From Catajapyx aquilonaris (taxonomy: Eukaryota): 57,349 nucleotides of DNA. The position numbers and the translations under genes were made by a program. Shown here piece by piece: positions 55,213 through 57,349 of the stretch (its first letter is position 1; each line of letters opens with the position of its first letter). A model generated the notes under the pieces. That model was not told where the DNA came from, did no database searches, and saw only the letters and a program-made list of their open reading frames with translations. Where the stretch lies: the NCBI GenBank assembly GCA_000934665.2, contig KZ538633.1:1-57349 (forward strand), in the 5' to 3' direction.

Positions 55213-55764
55213 AGTCATGGTTTAAATACCAAAACAGCAGCGCTCGCTTCTTATGGGACTGGTATAGGGTTGGCGTTGAGAGCCGTCGACACAGACTTCC
55301 CCAAACCTACACCACGGTGCGAAATACATCATTCTATCGAAATTGTGTGTGTCCAGTAATAACAAAATGAATCTCTATTCGTTTTTGGGACAAATTCGTT
55401 AAAAATTATGGCCACAAAGAACTTCATGTGACGAGGAATTACGAGTATATTGCTAAAATAAGTCGATACAATTTATTAAGCACTTAAAGTTATCAATGAA
55501 TCAATTAGCATAATATTTTCAAGTGCGTGTGCCGTAGGGTATGCAGGAATATAGGAGCGACTCGTATAAACTCCGAAGAAACAAGGCAGTTTATGCAGCT
55601 GTAGACCATCTGTCTCGGCTTCCATTGACAGGGAGAGCTCGGTATGCAACGCTCTTAATTTTTCTAACAACGGCCTCGTACAAACAGGCCTTAATAGGAT
55701 ATACTGTAAATTATTAAATTACTCCTGGTAGATACTGCAGTCAGGTAGGACTGCAGCGAAAAAA

Positions 55765-55769
<5 letters not shown>

Positions 55770-55803
<34 letters not shown>
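55770..55803. repeat. (TC)n microsatellite
   Basis: About 17 units. Confidence 0.95.
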
Positions 55804-55809
<6 letters not shown>

Positions 55810-56295
55810 CTACTGGACATTATATTCATGGCAACGCTGAATATTGACGGCATTCATAAGGTAGAACCCTAATGAGCTGCCACAAATAGTATCATTCTTA
55901 CGCAGGCTAAGACTATGTCACCGGTATACATTCTTTTGAAGCAGCTTATCCACTGAGCTTATCCATTGAGTTTGGGAGAACAAGGAGGAGAGCCAGGTAG
56001 GTGGATAAGTGAATACGACAACAGGAGAAGACTTCAAGATACGTTAATGCTGATATAAATTAAGAAACCTTATAGTGCTTCCTAGGCAACAGCCATTAAC
56101 TTTGCTGATTACTGATATCTGGACTCTCAAACAAGCAACTAAAATAATTAGCACCTAAAACATACTCGATTTCGATGATTTTTAAAAGGTTATTTTGTGC
56201 ATTCCTGGAAAACTATTAGTCTACGTAGTCTTACGTTAGTGGTTGGGATGGTTGAGAGACCTATTAAATTGAAGTGGGTCGCGATAAGAAGGGCG

Positions 56296-56671
56296 TATGG
56301 GACGCCAAATTGACATTTATTCAACTAGGTGGACACGTAGCCTACGCGATTTCGTGGCCCCTTAGCCTGATATCAACCTAAGCTTAGGTTGATATCCTGA
56401 TATTCACCTAGCTTAGCCTGGCAGGCTAAGCTAGGTGGATATCAGGCTAAATTCTTATAGGTTGAGTCATTGACGACTTGGCTTAGGTGGATATCAACCT
56501 AAGCTTAGTCTGGATAAGCTTAGGTTGATATCCACCTAAGCCAAGTCGTCAATGACTCCACCTAAGAATTTAGCCTAATATCCACCTAGCTTAGGTGGAT
56601 ATCAGGCTAAGGGGCCACGAAATCGCGTACGTGTCCACCTAGTTGAATAAATGTCAATTTGGCGTGCCATA
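56296..56671. mobile_element. Palindromic MITE, TATGG termini, 6-bp TSD (IS3EU-like)
   Basis: AGGGCG|TATGG...CCATA|AGGTCG; internal CTAAGCTTAGG / GATATC repeats. Confidence 0.75.
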
Positions 56672-57316
56672 AGGTCGTATCCGGACCGTCAAAATTGAGA
56701 TTTTGAACTACTAATGACATCTGTCATTATTATGTTAAATGTCATAGAGATGGAGGACATTCTTTTGCTGAGCACAAAAAAGGGAAGAATGACAAGTTAG
56801 CAATAATTTGGGCAGTATGCAAGATATTCGTATTTCAATGCCAGGACAAACACTGCATTGTCAAGTGATCACTTGACACAAAGTATGGTAAAAATGGAGA
56901 GCAAAAACTCCGAAAATTGGCGGAAATAATCCGGAAAGAATGTTGAAGCCGTAGAAGTTGAACAGCAGCCTGTCCTGAAAAGTTTGCCATACTTGGGATA
57001 CGCCCTTCCTGCCGTGACCCACTCAATTACTAAGTCTCTATGCAGCTTTCAGGGGTCAAAGGAACTGTTTATATATGAAAAGATATTACTAATACCAAAC
57101 CTACAAGCAACAAAAAACGTTTCAAAATCGTTTTTAGGCCCCTTCTTCAACATACAGAATGAGGGTCTTTCATCATCAATGCCAATAGGCTCAATTCTTT
57201 AAGGGTAAAAAAAATTGCTTCAACCCTTGCTAGACCCCCCTTGTCATCTTTGGTCATCAGGCATCAACCCCCCTGGAGGATGAAGTGAATACCTCGGGAG
57301 AAAAACGATCAAGGTC

Positions 57317-57349
57317 CAGGGCCGCATTAAGGTTTTTTGCGCCCCAAGC
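57317..57349. mobile_element. Start of a hAT-like element at the window edge
   Basis: CAGGGCCGCATTAAGG resembles the 34583 termini. Confidence 0.5.

Overview
Eukaryotic (insect-like) genomic DNA, dense in transposon-derived sequence; no prokaryotic features and no CRISPR. Two intron-containing genes lie head-to-head. (1) Minus strand: a gene for an N-terminal region + winged-helix-like segment + Pfs/PNP_UDP_1-type nucleoside phosphorylase/nucleosidase domain. Its coding exons were reconstructed by hand from 12130 down to 1960, and it continues past the left edge. (2) Plus strand: a gene for an N-terminal Rols/TANC-like RING-type Cys cluster + 8 zinc fingers (7 C2H2, 1 C2HC), exons 22649-36560; its first exon is uncertain. 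Introns and the region right of 36.9 kb are filled with non-autonomous DNA transposons (Tc1/mariner, hAT, piggyBac, Kolobok-like, Sola-like, Chapaev3-like, IS3EU-like MITEs and fold-backs, often nested 3-4 deep). There are also tRNA-derived SINEs, a truncated RTE LINE, a non-autonomous Helitron and a Helentron/HINE-like element with a 112-bp tandem array. Most long ORFs in the supplied track are spurious read-throughs of these repeats. Most notable are the immune-effector-like Pfs domain gene, a pseudoknot-forming RTE 5'-UTR motif, several fold-back architectures and GTAC-flanked unclassified palindromes. All splice models and superfamily calls are by eye from splice motifs, frame continuity, TIRs and TSDs; none was checked by database search.
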